This document shows positions 29,027 to 39,215 of a DNA stretch of 64,000 bases, piece after piece. Below the pieces are notes generated by a model, which was not told the origin of the DNA, ran no database searches, and saw nothing but the letters and a program-made list of their open reading frames with translations. The stretch is from an uncultured Acidobacteriota bacterium (GTDB lineage: Bacteria > Acidobacteriota > Vicinamibacteria > Vicinamibacterales > UBA8438). Position numbers and translations under genes: made by a program. Location of the stretch: NCBI GenBank assembly GCA_913043225.1, contig CAJWLU010000003.1, positions 128,001 through 192,000 of the forward strand. Reading direction: 5' to 3'. Positions within the stretch are counted from its first letter, which is position 1. Each line of letters starts with the position of its first letter.

Positions 29027-30370
29027 ATGATCGTCATGAAGTTCGGCGGCAGCTCGTTGGGGACGAGCGCAGCGCTGACTCGGGTGGCCGACATCGTGTC
29101 GGGACGGGTGTCCCGCCGGCCGGTGGTGGTGGTGTCCGCTATCGGTGGCACGACCGATCGGCTCGTCGCCGCCATCGAAACCGCCGCGGAGGGGCGTCTT
29201 GAGGCTGCCCTCGACCTGATTGGCGACCTCGTCACCGAACTCCGCCGGGTGGCGGCTCCGGCCGTCGAAGATGCTGACGCCCTCGACCGTTTGCTGGCCG
29301 AGCACGCCGAGGCGTTGACGGGACTGCTGGGCGAGGTTCCCGAGCCGACCCGCTTCGGGGAACGCACCGACGCCGTCCTGTCGCACGGTGAGCGCATCTC
29401 GAGCATGGTCGTGACCTGGGTGCTCCGCGTCCGGGGGGTCGATGCGGTGCACATCGACGCCCGCGACGTGGTGGTGACCGACGACCGGTTTACCGAGGCG
29501 GCGCCCCGGTTGTCGACGACCTACGCGCGGCTCAGCCGCCGGGTGCGTCCGGTTGGGGCCGAGGGGCGCGTGGTCGTGCTCGGCGGTTTCATTGGTCGCT
29601 CGACCGACGGTCGATCGACCACGCTGGGCCGCGGAGGATCCGACTACAGCGCGTCCATCGTTGGTGCCGGTATCGGCGCCGAAGAGATCCAGATCTGGAC
29701 CGACGTGGACGGCATCATGACCGCCGATCCCTCGGTCGTGTCCACTGCGAAGCCGATCGAGCATCTGTCATTCGCTGAGGCCTCGGAGCTGGCTTACTTC
29801 GGTGCGAGAGTGCTGCACCCGAGCACCATGTTGCCGGCCATCGAGCACGGGATCCCGGTGCGGGTCCTTAACTCGACTCGTCCCGATGTTAGCGGCACTC
29901 TGATCGAGGCGGACGGTCGCCCTTCACCCAGACCGATCAAGTCGATTGCTTATAAGGAGGGTATTACGGTCGTTGACATCCGTTCTACCCGGATGTTGAT
30001 GGCCCACGGGTTTTTGGCTGAGGCGTTCGCCATCTTCGATCGCCATCGCACCGCGGTGGATGTCGTCTCCACCTCCGAGGTGGGGGTGTCGCTGACCATC
30101 GATTGTGATGAGCGGCTCGATGAGATCACCGCGGAGCTCGCCTCCATCGCCGAGGTGTCACACACTGCCGGGCAAGCGCTCGTCTGTCTAGTCGGAGACG
30201 CCATAAGAGACACCCCGGGGGTAGCCGCGGTGATCTTTGGCGCCTTGCAGGCGGTGAATGTCAGGATGGTCTCGCAGGGTAGTTCGCGCATGAACCTCAG
30301 CCTCGTCATCGGTGAACACGATCTGACCGAGGCGATCGGCGCGCTGCACGCCGCGCTGTTCGCCGATTGA
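29027..30370 (+). CDS. lysC: Aspartate kinase (lysine-sensitive AK III type)
   Basis: MKFGGSS, VVVVSA, TTLGRGGSDYSA, IWTDVDG, EASELAYFGARVLHP, two ACT domains. Confidence 0.95.
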   Translation: MIVMKFGGSSLGTSAALTRVADIVSGRVSRRPVVVVSAIGGTTDRLVAAIETAAEGRLEAALDLIGDLVTELRRVAAPAVEDADALDRLLAEHAEALTGLLGEVPEPTRFGERTDAVLSHGERISSMVVTWVLRVRGVDAVHIDARDVVVTDDRFTEAAPRLSTTYARLSRRVRPVGAEGRVVVLGGFIGRSTDGRSTTLGRGGSDYSASIVGAGIGAEEIQIWTDVDGIMTADPSVVSTAKPIEHLSFAEASELAYFGARVLHPSTMLPAIEHGIPVRVLNSTRPDVSGTLIEADGRPSPRPIKSIAYKEGITVVDIRSTRMLMAHGFLAEAFAIFDRHRTAVDVVSTSEVGVSLTIDCDERLDEITAELASIAEVSHTAGQALVCLVGDAIRDTPGVAAVIFGALQAVNVRMVSQGSSRMNLSLVIGEHDLTEAIGALHAALFAD

Positions 30371-30621
30371 GTCGCGCCCGAGGGGATTGGAGTCACTCGT
30401 TGATCAGGTAGACGGCAGTAGCGCCAGCCTCGATCTCTGGACCGAGGCTGGCAAACCGCGCATCCGTCCGGTCGGTCCGTGCCGTGAAGAAGTACGGTGT
30501 CGCCGAGACGCTTTGTGTCCACGGTCCCGATCTCGCCGCTCACGTCATGACGGCCGTCACGGCACGTGACCAGAACCCGAACTTCAGATAGAGACCGAGG
30601 TGCTTTGGGCTGTGGGCGAAC

Positions 30622-31131
30622 GTGAACAGCCCGACGTCGGAGGTCTCCCAGTGGTCCAAGGGCGTCATCATTGGCCCGAGCAGCGCGGACGCGACACCCT
30701 GGTTCCATTACTGCGGCATCACTGACAGTGGACCGAAGAAGCTGACCCTGCCCCACCGAGTGGCGACGTTGGAGTCGAAGAGGGTCCCGTCGTTCTCGGC
30801 GAGTGGGTGAATCGAGAGCCGAGATACCGGATGTGGCTGTGGGGGTTGCATCGCGAACCGCGGAGTAGGCCCGTCCGTCTTCTGGTGGCGCGGTCCCTGC
30901 CACGCTCACGTAGAATGATGCGAGTCGGCAATGATCACACTGCCGAATCTCATTCTCGTAGACGAGCCCACTGGGAACCTCCGTTCGGCTTTGGGATAGG
31001 AAATAATGAACCTGTTTATCCAGCTCAACGATAAGGGCGCCACGATCGTCCAGGTGATCCCCCTTGATGCGAGGGTTGCTTACGGCCGGCGCGTGGTCGA
31101 GCTGCGCGACGGATGGGTCGCGAAGCAGTAG
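30622..31131 (+). pseudogene. Eroded ABC ATPase (LolD/MacB-like)
   Basis: 30931-31131 reads PNLILVDEPTGNLRSALG*(TAG 30997)EIMNLFIQLNDKGATIVQV...YGRRVVELRDGWV. A degenerate Walker A (IIGPSSADAT) lies near 30665. Confidence 0.75.
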
Positions 31132-31152
31132 CGGAGTCCTTGGAGTCCAGCA

Positions 31153-32472
31153 GTGGGTGAGCCCTCGACCACCGGTTCCGGAGCGGGGTCCGACCTCACC
31201 AGAAATCCCCGGTACATCTTCATCCTCGCCGTCGCCGCCGGCCTGATTCTGGTCATCGGTTGGTTGCTGAAGCCTGAAGAGAGCAGCACTGACTCGCCGG
31301 TGTCTGCGCCCTCCCAGGTCGAGCTGAGCCGCCTGCCCACCATGACGGTTCGTCGGGATCTTGAAGACATGTCCGAGTTCTTCGCCGAGCTCGGCGAGGA
31401 GCTGTCGTCTACGGTGGTCCGCCTCGGTAGCGTGCGCCGGAGTGGTGTGATCTGGAGTGCGGACCGGGTCGTTACCGCGAGGGTTGGGTGGCGGTTCCCG
31501 GCGGCGGTCACGGTCGGCGCTGGGGGAGTGGAGGTCGGTGCCTACACCGTGGTCTCCGGACCCCACCTGCCGATCGCGGCATTACGGACCCCCGAACTGG
31601 CCGGGGATGTGCCGCCGCAGGCGCGCCCGCTCGAGACGCTGTCACCGGGGGAGTGGGTGCTGGCCGCCTGGCAGGGGGATTCCAGACACGGGTCTGCGCC
31701 CGGGACCTTTCTCGGCGTTGGTCGGCGAGAATGCGGCGAACATCGGCTCGACGAACTTGCGACGAGTGTCCCCATCCGGCCGGAGATGCTCGGGGGCGGG
31801 ATCTTCGACCTTGACGGGAATCTGCTGGCGGTCCTGCTCCGCTGCGACGGCGAACCGGTTGCCGTGACTGTGGGAGGCGTGGCGATGTTGCTCGAGCGGG
31901 GCGGCAGTCATGACAGCCGACTCCGTACCCGCTGGGGCCTTCAGGTCGAAGTCTTGACCTCGGCCGAGGCGTTTCACTTCGGACTCGGAAATGGACTCCT
32001 CGTCAGACAGTTGTGGGAACGGTATCCCGGCGAGGCTGCCGGCCTGCGTCCAGGCGATGTGCTTCTGGCCCTCGACGGCACGCCGTTGCAAGACCTCGAT
32101 GCCCTCCGTATTCTCGACGCTGATGCGGCACCCGGTCAGGAGGCGTTCAGCCTGGAACTCCGGCGGGGCCTCGAGACGTTGACGGTGTCGCTCCAGGCCC
32201 GCGGACTCGACACGCGGTTGGATGTCGAAATGCCCGATGCTACCGGTCTGGTCTGGGAGGAAGCGGAGCTGGGCTACCCGGTGGCGTCCGTGCTGCCGGG
32301 CACGCGGGCGGCCGATGCGGGGATTGAGCCAGGGGATCGGCTGCTACGTGTTGATCACCAGACTCCCGAGAGCCTAGACGCCGTCCGTGAGCTGCTGTCT
32401 GTCGAAGGTGGCGGCCCTGCCTTCCTCGAGCTGAGCCGGGACGGGCGACGGTGGGGGCTTCTCCTGCCGTGA
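31153..32472 (+). CDS. Membrane-anchored HtrA/DegQ-like protein with two PDZ domains and a degenerate protease site
   Basis: TM helix; SGVIW..VVTA; MLGGGIFDLDGNLLAV in place of GNSGGPL; AAGLRPGDVLLALDG and AGIEPGDRLLRVD PDZ motifs. Confidence 0.8.
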   Translation: MGEPSTTGSGAGSDLTRNPRYIFILAVAAGLILVIGWLLKPEESSTDSPVSAPSQVELSRLPTMTVRRDLEDMSEFFAELGEELSSTVVRLGSVRRSGVIWSADRVVTARVGWRFPAAVTVGAGGVEVGAYTVVSGPHLPIAALRTPELAGDVPPQARPLETLSPGEWVLAAWQGDSRHGSAPGTFLGVGRRECGEHRLDELATSVPIRPEMLGGGIFDLDGNLLAVLLRCDGEPVAVTVGGVAMLLERGGSHDSRLRTRWGLQVEVLTSAEAFHFGLGNGLLVRQLWERYPGEAAGLRPGDVLLALDGTPLQDLDALRILDADAAPGQEAFSLELRRGLETLTVSLQARGLDTRLDVEMPDATGLVWEEAELGYPVASVLPGTRAADAGIEPGDRLLRVDHQTPESLDAVRELLSVEGGGPAFLELSRDGRRWGLLLP

Positions 32473-32515
32473 GCACGCGCCCCTCGCAGCTCGCCGAAGC
32501 GACGCCAGGACGTTC

Positions 32516-33736
32516 ATGGACGAACTGACGTCACTCGGGTTGATCCTGCTGCTGGCACTGCTGGCTGGGCATCTGGTGCGCTACGCCCACGTGCCGGAAG
32601 TCACCGGGTACATCCTGGCCGGGGTGGCGCTTGGACCGTCGGTGCTGGGGTGGGTTAGTCATGAAAACCTAGCGGCGCTGCAGGTCCTCAGCGAGGTCGC
32701 GCTCGGACTGATCCTGTTCTCGATCGGGTCGGTCTTCGAGTACTCGCTCTTTCGTCGGGCGGGGCGCCAGATTCTCTATCTAACCCTGATCGAATCGGTA
32801 CTGGCCGCGGTCCTGGTAACCGGCGGCATGTTGCTGCTCGGGCTGCCCTGGCAGGTGGCCGGCCTGCTCGGGGCGGTCGCCATGGCTACCGCCCCGGCAT
32901 CGACCCTGATGGTCATCCGAGAGGTGGACAGTCGGGGGCCGTTGACGGACAACCTGCTCGGGATTATCGCTGTCAACAACCTGTTCTGCATAACCGCCTA
33001 CAGCCTGGTCGCCGCCGCGATCGACCTGACCGATAATCTCGGCGGGGCCTTCTTGCCCACGCTGTATCGCTCGGTGTTTCCTTTTGTGTGGCAGTTGTTC
33101 GGGTCGGTCGCCCTCGGGTTCCTCGTGGGGTTGATGCTGGCCGGGTGGTCGCGACAGGTACGAGAGACGGGCGAGATGCTCATCCTGCTCGCCGGTTCGA
33201 TTCTGCTGTGTGTCGGGCTCTCGCGGTTGCTCGATCTGTCGCCGCTGGTCGCCAGCCTGGCCGTAGGTGCCACCATGGTGAATCTTGCGGCGCAGAGTCG
33301 GAAGCTGTTCGGGACGCTTGCCGGCACGGATCCGCCGTTCTATGCGATCTTCTTCGTCATTGCCGGCGCCGACCTCGACGTCAGCTTGGTTCCCACGATG
33401 GGAGCGGCCGGGCTGCTCTACATTGTCGCGCGCGCGCTCGGGAAGTTCATTGGGGCCCGCGTGGGTGCCCAGTGGCTCAGGCTCGGGCCTGCGGTTCGCC
33501 GCTATCTCGGTCTGGCACTGATGGCCCAGGCCGGCCTGGCGGTCGGGTTGACGCTCGCCATCGATGACCGGTTCGAGACCTACGCGCCTCAGGTGTCGAC
33601 GGTGGTGCTTGCGGCCGTCGTCATATACGAGATGATCGGTCCGATCGCCACCCGGTTCGCGCTGGTGCGCAGCGGGGAGTCGGCTATGTCTGGAGAAGGG
33701 CCGCGCGCGGTGTTCGAGGCGGGCGCCCGAGGCTGA
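32516..33736 (+). CDS. Cation:proton antiporter (CPA2/Kef-like)
   Basis: VPEVTGYILAGVALGP, ATAPAST, FFVIAGADL, RALGK, QAGLAVGL; about 12 TMs. Confidence 0.92.
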   Translation: MDELTSLGLILLLALLAGHLVRYAHVPEVTGYILAGVALGPSVLGWVSHENLAALQVLSEVALGLILFSIGSVFEYSLFRRAGRQILYLTLIESVLAAVLVTGGMLLLGLPWQVAGLLGAVAMATAPASTLMVIREVDSRGPLTDNLLGIIAVNNLFCITAYSLVAAAIDLTDNLGGAFLPTLYRSVFPFVWQLFGSVALGFLVGLMLAGWSRQVRETGEMLILLAGSILLCVGLSRLLDLSPLVASLAVGATMVNLAAQSRKLFGTLAGTDPPFYAIFFVIAGADLDVSLVPTMGAAGLLYIVARALGKFIGARVGAQWLRLGPAVRRYLGLALMAQAGLAVGLTLAIDDRFETYAPQVSTVVLAAVVIYEMIGPIATRFALVRSGESAMSGEGPRAVFEAGARG

Positions 33737-33781
33737 TCCGTCCGCGCCTATCTACCACCCTGAAGGAGTACTGCCCGACTC

Positions 33782-34957
33782 ATGTCCGACCATCGCGCCT
33801 TGCAGCGTATCGCCGATTTCGACCTGACCGACACCCAACGCCAGGTGCGCGCCGCAGTGCGCGAGTTCGCCGAACGGGAGATTCTGCCGACGGTCGAGGA
33901 GCATGAGGAGGCGAGGCGTTACCCGCGTGCGCTGATCGAGCAGCTGGCTCCCCTGGGCTATCTGGCGCCGTTGATTCCGGAGGAGTACGGTGGCTCCTTC
34001 AGCGACGTGGTCACCTACGGCATCGTCTGCGAAGAGCTCGCTCGGGTGGACTGGGTGGTCGCGTCGGCCGTGTCGGTCGCCAACTCCCTGGTCGGCAGTT
34101 CGATCCTTGAGTTCGGGACCGAGGAGCAGCGTCAGCGTTTTCTCCCCCGACTTGCCCGGGGCGAGATTCTCGCCTCGGCCTGTCTGACCGAGCCGGGAGG
34201 AGGGACGGACCTCGCGGGCATGCGCACCCGGGCTCGACCCGATGGGGAGGGCTGGCGCCTCAGCGGAAGTAAGGTGTTCATCTCCCATGCTGCCGAAGCC
34301 GGGGTCTTTTTGATCGCCGCGACCGTCGCTCCCGAGAAGGCGCATCGCGGGGTCACCATGTTCCTGCTCGATCCGGCCGTCGACGGAATCCAGATTAATC
34401 CGCTTCCGATGCGGACCCTGCAGCGGGACAACATCGCCGAGGTGCACTTCGATGACGTTCGGCTCGGGCCCGACGCTGTCTTGGGAAAGCCTGGCCGGGG
34501 CTTCCCGATCCTCGGCGCGGCTCTCGACACTGGCCGCTTTTCGGTGGCGGCGCGGTGTATCGGTCAGGCGCAGCGCGCGGTCGATCTTTCCTTGCCCTAC
34601 GCTCGCGAGCGGGAGGCTTTCGGGCAGCCGATCGGCGAGTTCCAGATGGTGCAACAGAAGATCGCCGACATGATCTGCCGGACCGAGGCGGCGCGAGCGC
34701 TGGTCTATCGTCTAGGACGAATGAAAGACGCGGGGCTCGAACGCTGCTCCATGGAGGCGTCGATGGCGAAGCTGATGGCGAGTGAGGCAGCCACGCAGAA
34801 CGCACTCGACGCTATCCAGATCTTCGGTGGCTACGGATTTTCGTCAGAGTATGAGGTGGGACGGTTGCTCCTCGAAGCGAAGACACTCGAGGTTGGAGAG
34901 GGAACCAGCGAGCTCCATCGCAAGCTGATCGCGGAGTTTGGTTTGGGGCTGCGCTGA
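33782..34957 (+). CDS. Acyl-CoA dehydrogenase
   Basis: CLTEPGGGTD, GSKVFIS, REAFGQPIGEFQ, QIFGGYG, EGTSE. Confidence 0.95.
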   Translation: MSDHRALQRIADFDLTDTQRQVRAAVREFAEREILPTVEEHEEARRYPRALIEQLAPLGYLAPLIPEEYGGSFSDVVTYGIVCEELARVDWVVASAVSVANSLVGSSILEFGTEEQRQRFLPRLARGEILASACLTEPGGGTDLAGMRTRARPDGEGWRLSGSKVFISHAAEAGVFLIAATVAPEKAHRGVTMFLLDPAVDGIQINPLPMRTLQRDNIAEVHFDDVRLGPDAVLGKPGRGFPILGAALDTGRFSVAARCIGQAQRAVDLSLPYAREREAFGQPIGEFQMVQQKIADMICRTEAARALVYRLGRMKDAGLERCSMEASMAKLMASEAATQNALDAIQIFGGYGFSSEYEVGRLLLEAKTLEVGEGTSELHRKLIAEFGLGLR

Positions 34958-35015
34958 CAGCGGCTAGGCGGCGGGCGGCTCACCCTCTTGGACCGCCTTC
35001 GCCGCGATCGATTGG

Positions 35016-35198
35016 TTGGCCACACGGACCCGGTTCGCACACGTTGTCCTCGACCACCCGCTCGAGCATTCCCGATTCACGAAGGTTGATGTGCTTTCGT
35101 CCCCGCACTGTGGCCAGTATTTCTGGGCGCAGTCGCTCGCCAAGCCCAATGATGACGTCGTGGCCTGGCTGGCTGCCGCCTATCGCCAGAGCAGCTGA
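35016..35198 (+). pseudogene. C-terminal remnant resembling DUF5655 proteins
   Basis: RTRFA..LDHPLEHSRFTKV...DDVVAWLAAAY. There is no good start and it is too short. Confidence 0.5.
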
Positions 35199-35242
35199 CC
35201 TGTCCCCCCGGTCCCCCACCCGCGCCGTGGTACGATCCCGGC

Positions 35243-35773
35243 ATGATCCGATTCGGTCTGGTAAGCGCCGCCCTGTCTCTGCTCTATCCGACGGTGGCAT
35301 TCGCGCAGCCGACCCTGCGCTATGAGACGCCGACGGAATGGACCGAGTCGCCCTCTCGGTCGCCGATGCGAGTCACCCAGTTCATCCTGCCACGGGTACC
35401 GGGAGATCCGGAGGACGCGGAACTGGTGGTCTTTTACTTTGGCGGCGCGGGCGGAAGTGTCGACGCGAACCTTCAGCGCTGGATCGGGCAGATGGAACAG
35501 CCTGACGGCCGCTCCTCGTTCGAGGCGGCGGCGACCATCGGCTTCGATGCCGATGGTCTGGCGGTGACGCTGCTCGAGGTGCCAGGGACCTATGTGGCGG
35601 CTGTCCGACCCGGCTCGACCGAGCGCTTCAACAAGCCGGACTACCGACTGATGGCGGCCGTCGTCGAATCACCCGCTGGCCCGTATTTCTTCAAGCTCGT
35701 CGGACCCGACCGCACTGTGGAGCGGTGGGACGAGGTGTTCACGTCGTTTCTCAGGAACGTGCGCGTCGAATGA
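35243..35773 (+). CDS. Conserved secreted hypothetical protein (PsbP-like fold suspected)
   Basis: Signal peptide; ELVVFYFGGAGGSVDANLQRWIGQ, GPYFFKLVGP. Confidence 0.8.
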   Translation: MIRFGLVSAALSLLYPTVAFAQPTLRYETPTEWTESPSRSPMRVTQFILPRVPGDPEDAELVVFYFGGAGGSVDANLQRWIGQMEQPDGRSSFEAAATIGFDADGLAVTLLEVPGTYVAAVRPGSTERFNKPDYRLMAAVVESPAGPYFFKLVGPDRTVERWDEVFTSFLRNVRVE

Positions 35774-35777
35774 TCGA

Positions 35778-36193
35778 ATGATCGCAATCCGGCGAAAGAA
35801 GGTGGACACCTCGAGGCAGGACGATGTCCACGATTTCACGAAGGTGGTCGGTCGGATCGTGGTTGGGTCCGGGTGTTGGTTCGGCTTGGCGACGGTGAGC
35901 ATTGTCGGCTCCACCGTGGCCCTGACCACCATCGAGTATGAGCCGGGCGCGGTTGCCGACTTCAACGGTCTGTTTGAGACCCTGGCGCCTCCGGACGTGC
36001 ACGATGCTTATCACGAACGCTGGAGCGACGACAACGGGTCCAGCCACGTGCGCGCGGCGCTTGTGGGGCCATCGCTCAGCTGCCGTTCGAAGACGTTCAG
36101 CTCATGCTGGGTACGTGGCAAGAGATCATCCGCTTCGAATGTGACACTCGACTTCGCCAGCAACCATTGGGCGTACAGGTGATGGGCGAGTAG
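35778..36193 (+). pseudogene. yjbQ: YjbQ/UPF0047 family, frameshifted near 36080
   Basis: GSTVALTTIEYEPG, YHERWSDDNGSSHVRAALVGPSLS, then in another frame PFEDVQLMLGTWQEIIRFECDTR...QVMGE* (TAG 36191). Confidence 0.85.
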
Positions 36194-36206
36194 GCTGGGC
36201 GCGAGC

Positions 36207-37523
36207 ATGCTCGATTTTCAGAAATACACGCTGGACAACGGTCTCGATGTCATCCTCCATGAGGACCACCGGTGTCCGATCGTGGCGGTCAACCTGTGGT
36301 ATCACGTCGGGTCCAAGAATGAGCGGCCCGGGCGCACGGGATTGGCGCACCTGTTCGAGCACTTGATGTTCGAGGGGTCCGCGCACCACGACAGCGGGTT
36401 CTTCGAGCCGCTGCAAAAGGCGGGCGGCGCCCTCAACGGGTCGACTAACTGCGACCGCACCAACTACTGGGAGGTGGTGCCGGCCGAGGCGCTGGAGCTC
36501 GCCCTCTGGTTGGAGTCTGATCGGATGGGGCACCTCTTGCCGGCTTTGACCCAGGAGAAGTTCGACAACCAACGGGATGTCGTTATTAACGAGCGGCGGC
36601 AGCGCTACGAGAACCGGCCCTACGGGATGGTGTCGATGGCCCTGATGGCCGCGTTGTTTCCGCCCGCTCATCCCTATCACTGGACCACCATCGGCGAAAC
36701 CGCGGATCTGCGGGCCGCCACCCTCGATGATGCTCGCGATTTCTTCGAGCGCTACTACCATCCTGCCAACGCGTCGCTGACGGTGGCTGGCGACATCGAC
36801 CCCGACGCGACCCTGGCGCTCGCGCAGCGGTACTTCTCCCCGCTGCCGACGGCCGCCGAGCCGCCGACGCTGACGCCACCTTTTGACCAGAACTCATTCG
36901 ACGCCGAGTTGGGCAGGCGTCTCCTGCTCGAGGACCGGGTGGAGCTGCCTCGTCTCTACCTGGCCTGGCGGACCCCGGCGCTCTTTGCTGCGGGAGATGC
37001 GGGACTCGACATGTTGGCGGAGGTACTGAGCGGCGGCAAGACTTCCCGCCTGTATCGGCGCCTGGTCCACGAAGAACGCGTGGCCACCGACGTTTCAGCC
37101 GTGCAGGGCTCGCGCGAGCTGGACGGGTGGTTCTCGATCACCGCCACCGCCGCGCCGGGGCGACGGCTGACCGAGCTTGATGAGATCATCGGCGAAGAGC
37201 TCGGGCGTCTCGTGGCGGATGGGCCGACCGACGATGAGATCGAGCGGGGATTGGCCCAGGTGGATGCGCAATTTGTGTATCGGCTACAGACTGTTGGAGG
37301 GTTCAACGGCCGGTCTGATCAGTTAAACGCCTACAACGTCTACACCGGCGATCCGGGCTTCATGTCGAGGGATCGTGCGAGGTACTCGGATTCTACGCCG
37401 GCGGCGGTGCGGATGCTGGCCGATCGCTGGCTGACGTCGTCCGGCCGCGTTGCGCTGAGCGTCGTGCCCGAGGGCGCGGCAGCGGATGCGTTGCACGGCT
37501 CGATCCCGGCGGTAGTGTCGTGA
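36207..37523 (+). CDS. M16 (pitrilysin) family zinc peptidase, catalytic subunit
   Basis: WYHVGSKNE..GLAHLFEHLMF (HxxEH), NGST, ESDRM, NERRQR. Confidence 0.95.
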   Translation: MLDFQKYTLDNGLDVILHEDHRCPIVAVNLWYHVGSKNERPGRTGLAHLFEHLMFEGSAHHDSGFFEPLQKAGGALNGSTNCDRTNYWEVVPAEALELALWLESDRMGHLLPALTQEKFDNQRDVVINERRQRYENRPYGMVSMALMAALFPPAHPYHWTTIGETADLRAATLDDARDFFERYYHPANASLTVAGDIDPDATLALAQRYFSPLPTAAEPPTLTPPFDQNSFDAELGRRLLLEDRVELPRLYLAWRTPALFAAGDAGLDMLAEVLSGGKTSRLYRRLVHEERVATDVSAVQGSRELDGWFSITATAAPGRRLTELDEIIGEELGRLVADGPTDDEIERGLAQVDAQFVYRLQTVGGFNGRSDQLNAYNVYTGDPGFMSRDRARYSDSTPAAVRMLADRWLTSSGRVALSVVPEGAAADALHGSIPAVVS

Positions 37524-38893
37524 CCACTGCGGTAGACCGCACACGGCTGCCCGTGCCAGGCAATCCGCCCTTGGTCCGTTTCCCGTCGGCCAGGGTTGCA
37601 CGTCTACCTTCGGGTTTGGGCCTCCGCACGGTCGAGCATCCCGGCCCGCCGGTCGTGACCTGTGCGTTGAGTGTGCCGGTCGGGTCAGCGTCTGATCCCG
37701 TTGACCATCCCGGCCTTGTAGCGCTCACGGCGGACCTCTTCGACGACGGGAGCGTTAAGCGACCGTCGCTGGAACTCCACGGGGCGCTCGATCGGATCGG
37801 TGCCAGGCTGGGGACCGAGGTCGGCACCGACTCGACGACCGTTTCGCTGACGACGCTTAGCCAATACGCCGTCGAGGGCCTGCGGTTGCTGGCTGAGATC
37901 GTTTCTCAGCCCCGCTTCGACCCCCTCGACGTAGAGCGGGTGCGCGACCTCCGCCGCAGCCGTCTCCGACAACTGAAGACCGTGCCAGGCGCAGTCGCGG
38001 ACCGCCTGTTTCTTGAGACGATCTTCGGTCCGCATCCCTACGGCCATCTGGGTCTCGGCACCGACGAGGCGCTCGCGTCCATGGCGGCCGGGCTGGTGCG
38101 CGACTTCCATGGGGAAGCGTTCCGCCTCGGACCGGCAACCCTAGTCGTAGTAGGGGCGCTGTCGCATGAGGAGGCGGCGTCGGTGGCGGCCAAGGCCTTC
38201 ACCGACGTGCCGGCGGTTCCCGCGACAACGGTCGTCGTTGATGCGGCGGCCGTCCCGGCGCCGCCCGCGCCGGCGGGCCGTCTGTTCGTCGTCGATCGGC
38301 CAGGCGCCGTGCAGACCGAGCTGCGCATCGGTCATCTGGGTGTCCGGCGGTTGACGCCGGACTATCACGCATTGCTTGCGCTCAATATGGTGCTGGGCGG
38401 GCAGTTCACCAGCCGGTTAAACCAGCGCCTTCGGGAAGATCGGGGCTATACCTACGGCGTTAGGACGTCGTTCGATTGCCGACGAGCGCCCGGTCCCTTC
38501 TCCATGGACGGGAGTGTCCAGTCAGATGCGACGGTCGAGACCGTGACGGAAGTACTGGGTGAGATGTCCGGTATTGGTCGAGACCGACCGGTGACGGCTG
38601 ACGAGCTAGCGCTGGCTAGAGCGGCACTGACGCGGGGGTTCGCGCGCGGGTTTGAGACCGCGGGGCAAGTGGCCCGGGGGCTGACCCGCCTTCTGATCCA
38701 GCAATTGCCGCCAGACTACTACGACACTTTCGTGCCCCTGGTCGCAGGGGTTGACGAGGCCGCCGTGACCGAGGCGGCTCTGACCCACCTCCGGCCGGAA
38801 GAGGCCGTCGTGGTCGCGGTCGGGCCGGTCGAGCAGTTTGGCGCCGGGCTCGAGACGCTTGGACTCGGGCCGCTTCAGGTTGTCGACGCCTAA
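37520..38893 (+). CDS. M16 family peptidase, non-catalytic partner subunit
   Basis: Lacks HxxEH; has LGGQFTSRLNQRLREDRGYTYG; GTGA overlap. Confidence 0.92.
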   Translation: MTTAVDRTRLPVPGNPPLVRFPSARVARLPSGLGLRTVEHPGPPVVTCALSVPVGSASDPVDHPGLVALTADLFDDGSVKRPSLELHGALDRIGARLGTEVGTDSTTVSLTTLSQYAVEGLRLLAEIVSQPRFDPLDVERVRDLRRSRLRQLKTVPGAVADRLFLETIFGPHPYGHLGLGTDEALASMAAGLVRDFHGEAFRLGPATLVVVGALSHEEAASVAAKAFTDVPAVPATTVVVDAAAVPAPPAPAGRLFVVDRPGAVQTELRIGHLGVRRLTPDYHALLALNMVLGGQFTSRLNQRLREDRGYTYGVRTSFDCRRAPGPFSMDGSVQSDATVETVTEVLGEMSGIGRDRPVTADELALARAALTRGFARGFETAGQVARGLTRLLIQQLPPDYYDTFVPLVAGVDEAAVTEAALTHLRPEEAVVVAVGPVEQFGAGLETLGLGPLQVVDA

Positions 38894-38923
38894 TTCGCGC
38901 CATAATCTGGTCTGGTCTCAGGC

Positions 38924-39175
38924 ATGCAGGCCATTCGCTTTCACGAGCACGGCGGCATTGATGTCCTGAAGCTGGAGGACATTCCAGATCCCTCTCCCGT
39001 GCCAGGAGAGGGACTGGTCGAGGTGCGGACCTGTGCCCTCAACTATCTCGCTTTCTGGCAGCGCCGGGGTATCCACGGGGTCCGTCTTCCGCATATCGTC
39101 AGCAGCGACATCGCCGGGGTCGTGCGCCGAGCCCAGTTCGGCAAGGGCTTGCTCGACGTTGGGGAAAGCCGTTGA
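38924..39175 (+). pseudogene. Collapsed zinc-binding dehydrogenase/NADPH:quinone reductase
   Basis: N-terminus MQAIRFHEHGGIDVLKLED...LPHIVSSDIAGVV is fused in frame to the typical C-terminus QFGKGLLDV. The Rossmann domain is missing. Confidence 0.8.
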
Positions 39176-39215
39176 GCTGCTAGCTCTGTCAAGTCTGCTG
39201 GGGATCCAGCCGGTC

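Noticed and set aside
30371..30621. 60-aa ORF after lysC
   Set aside because: No motif, TTG start and shadow-like composition.
29950..31566. 538-aa minus-strand ORF and other long overlapping ORFs in the track
   Set aside because: Antisense shadows of real genes, expected in high-GC DNA.
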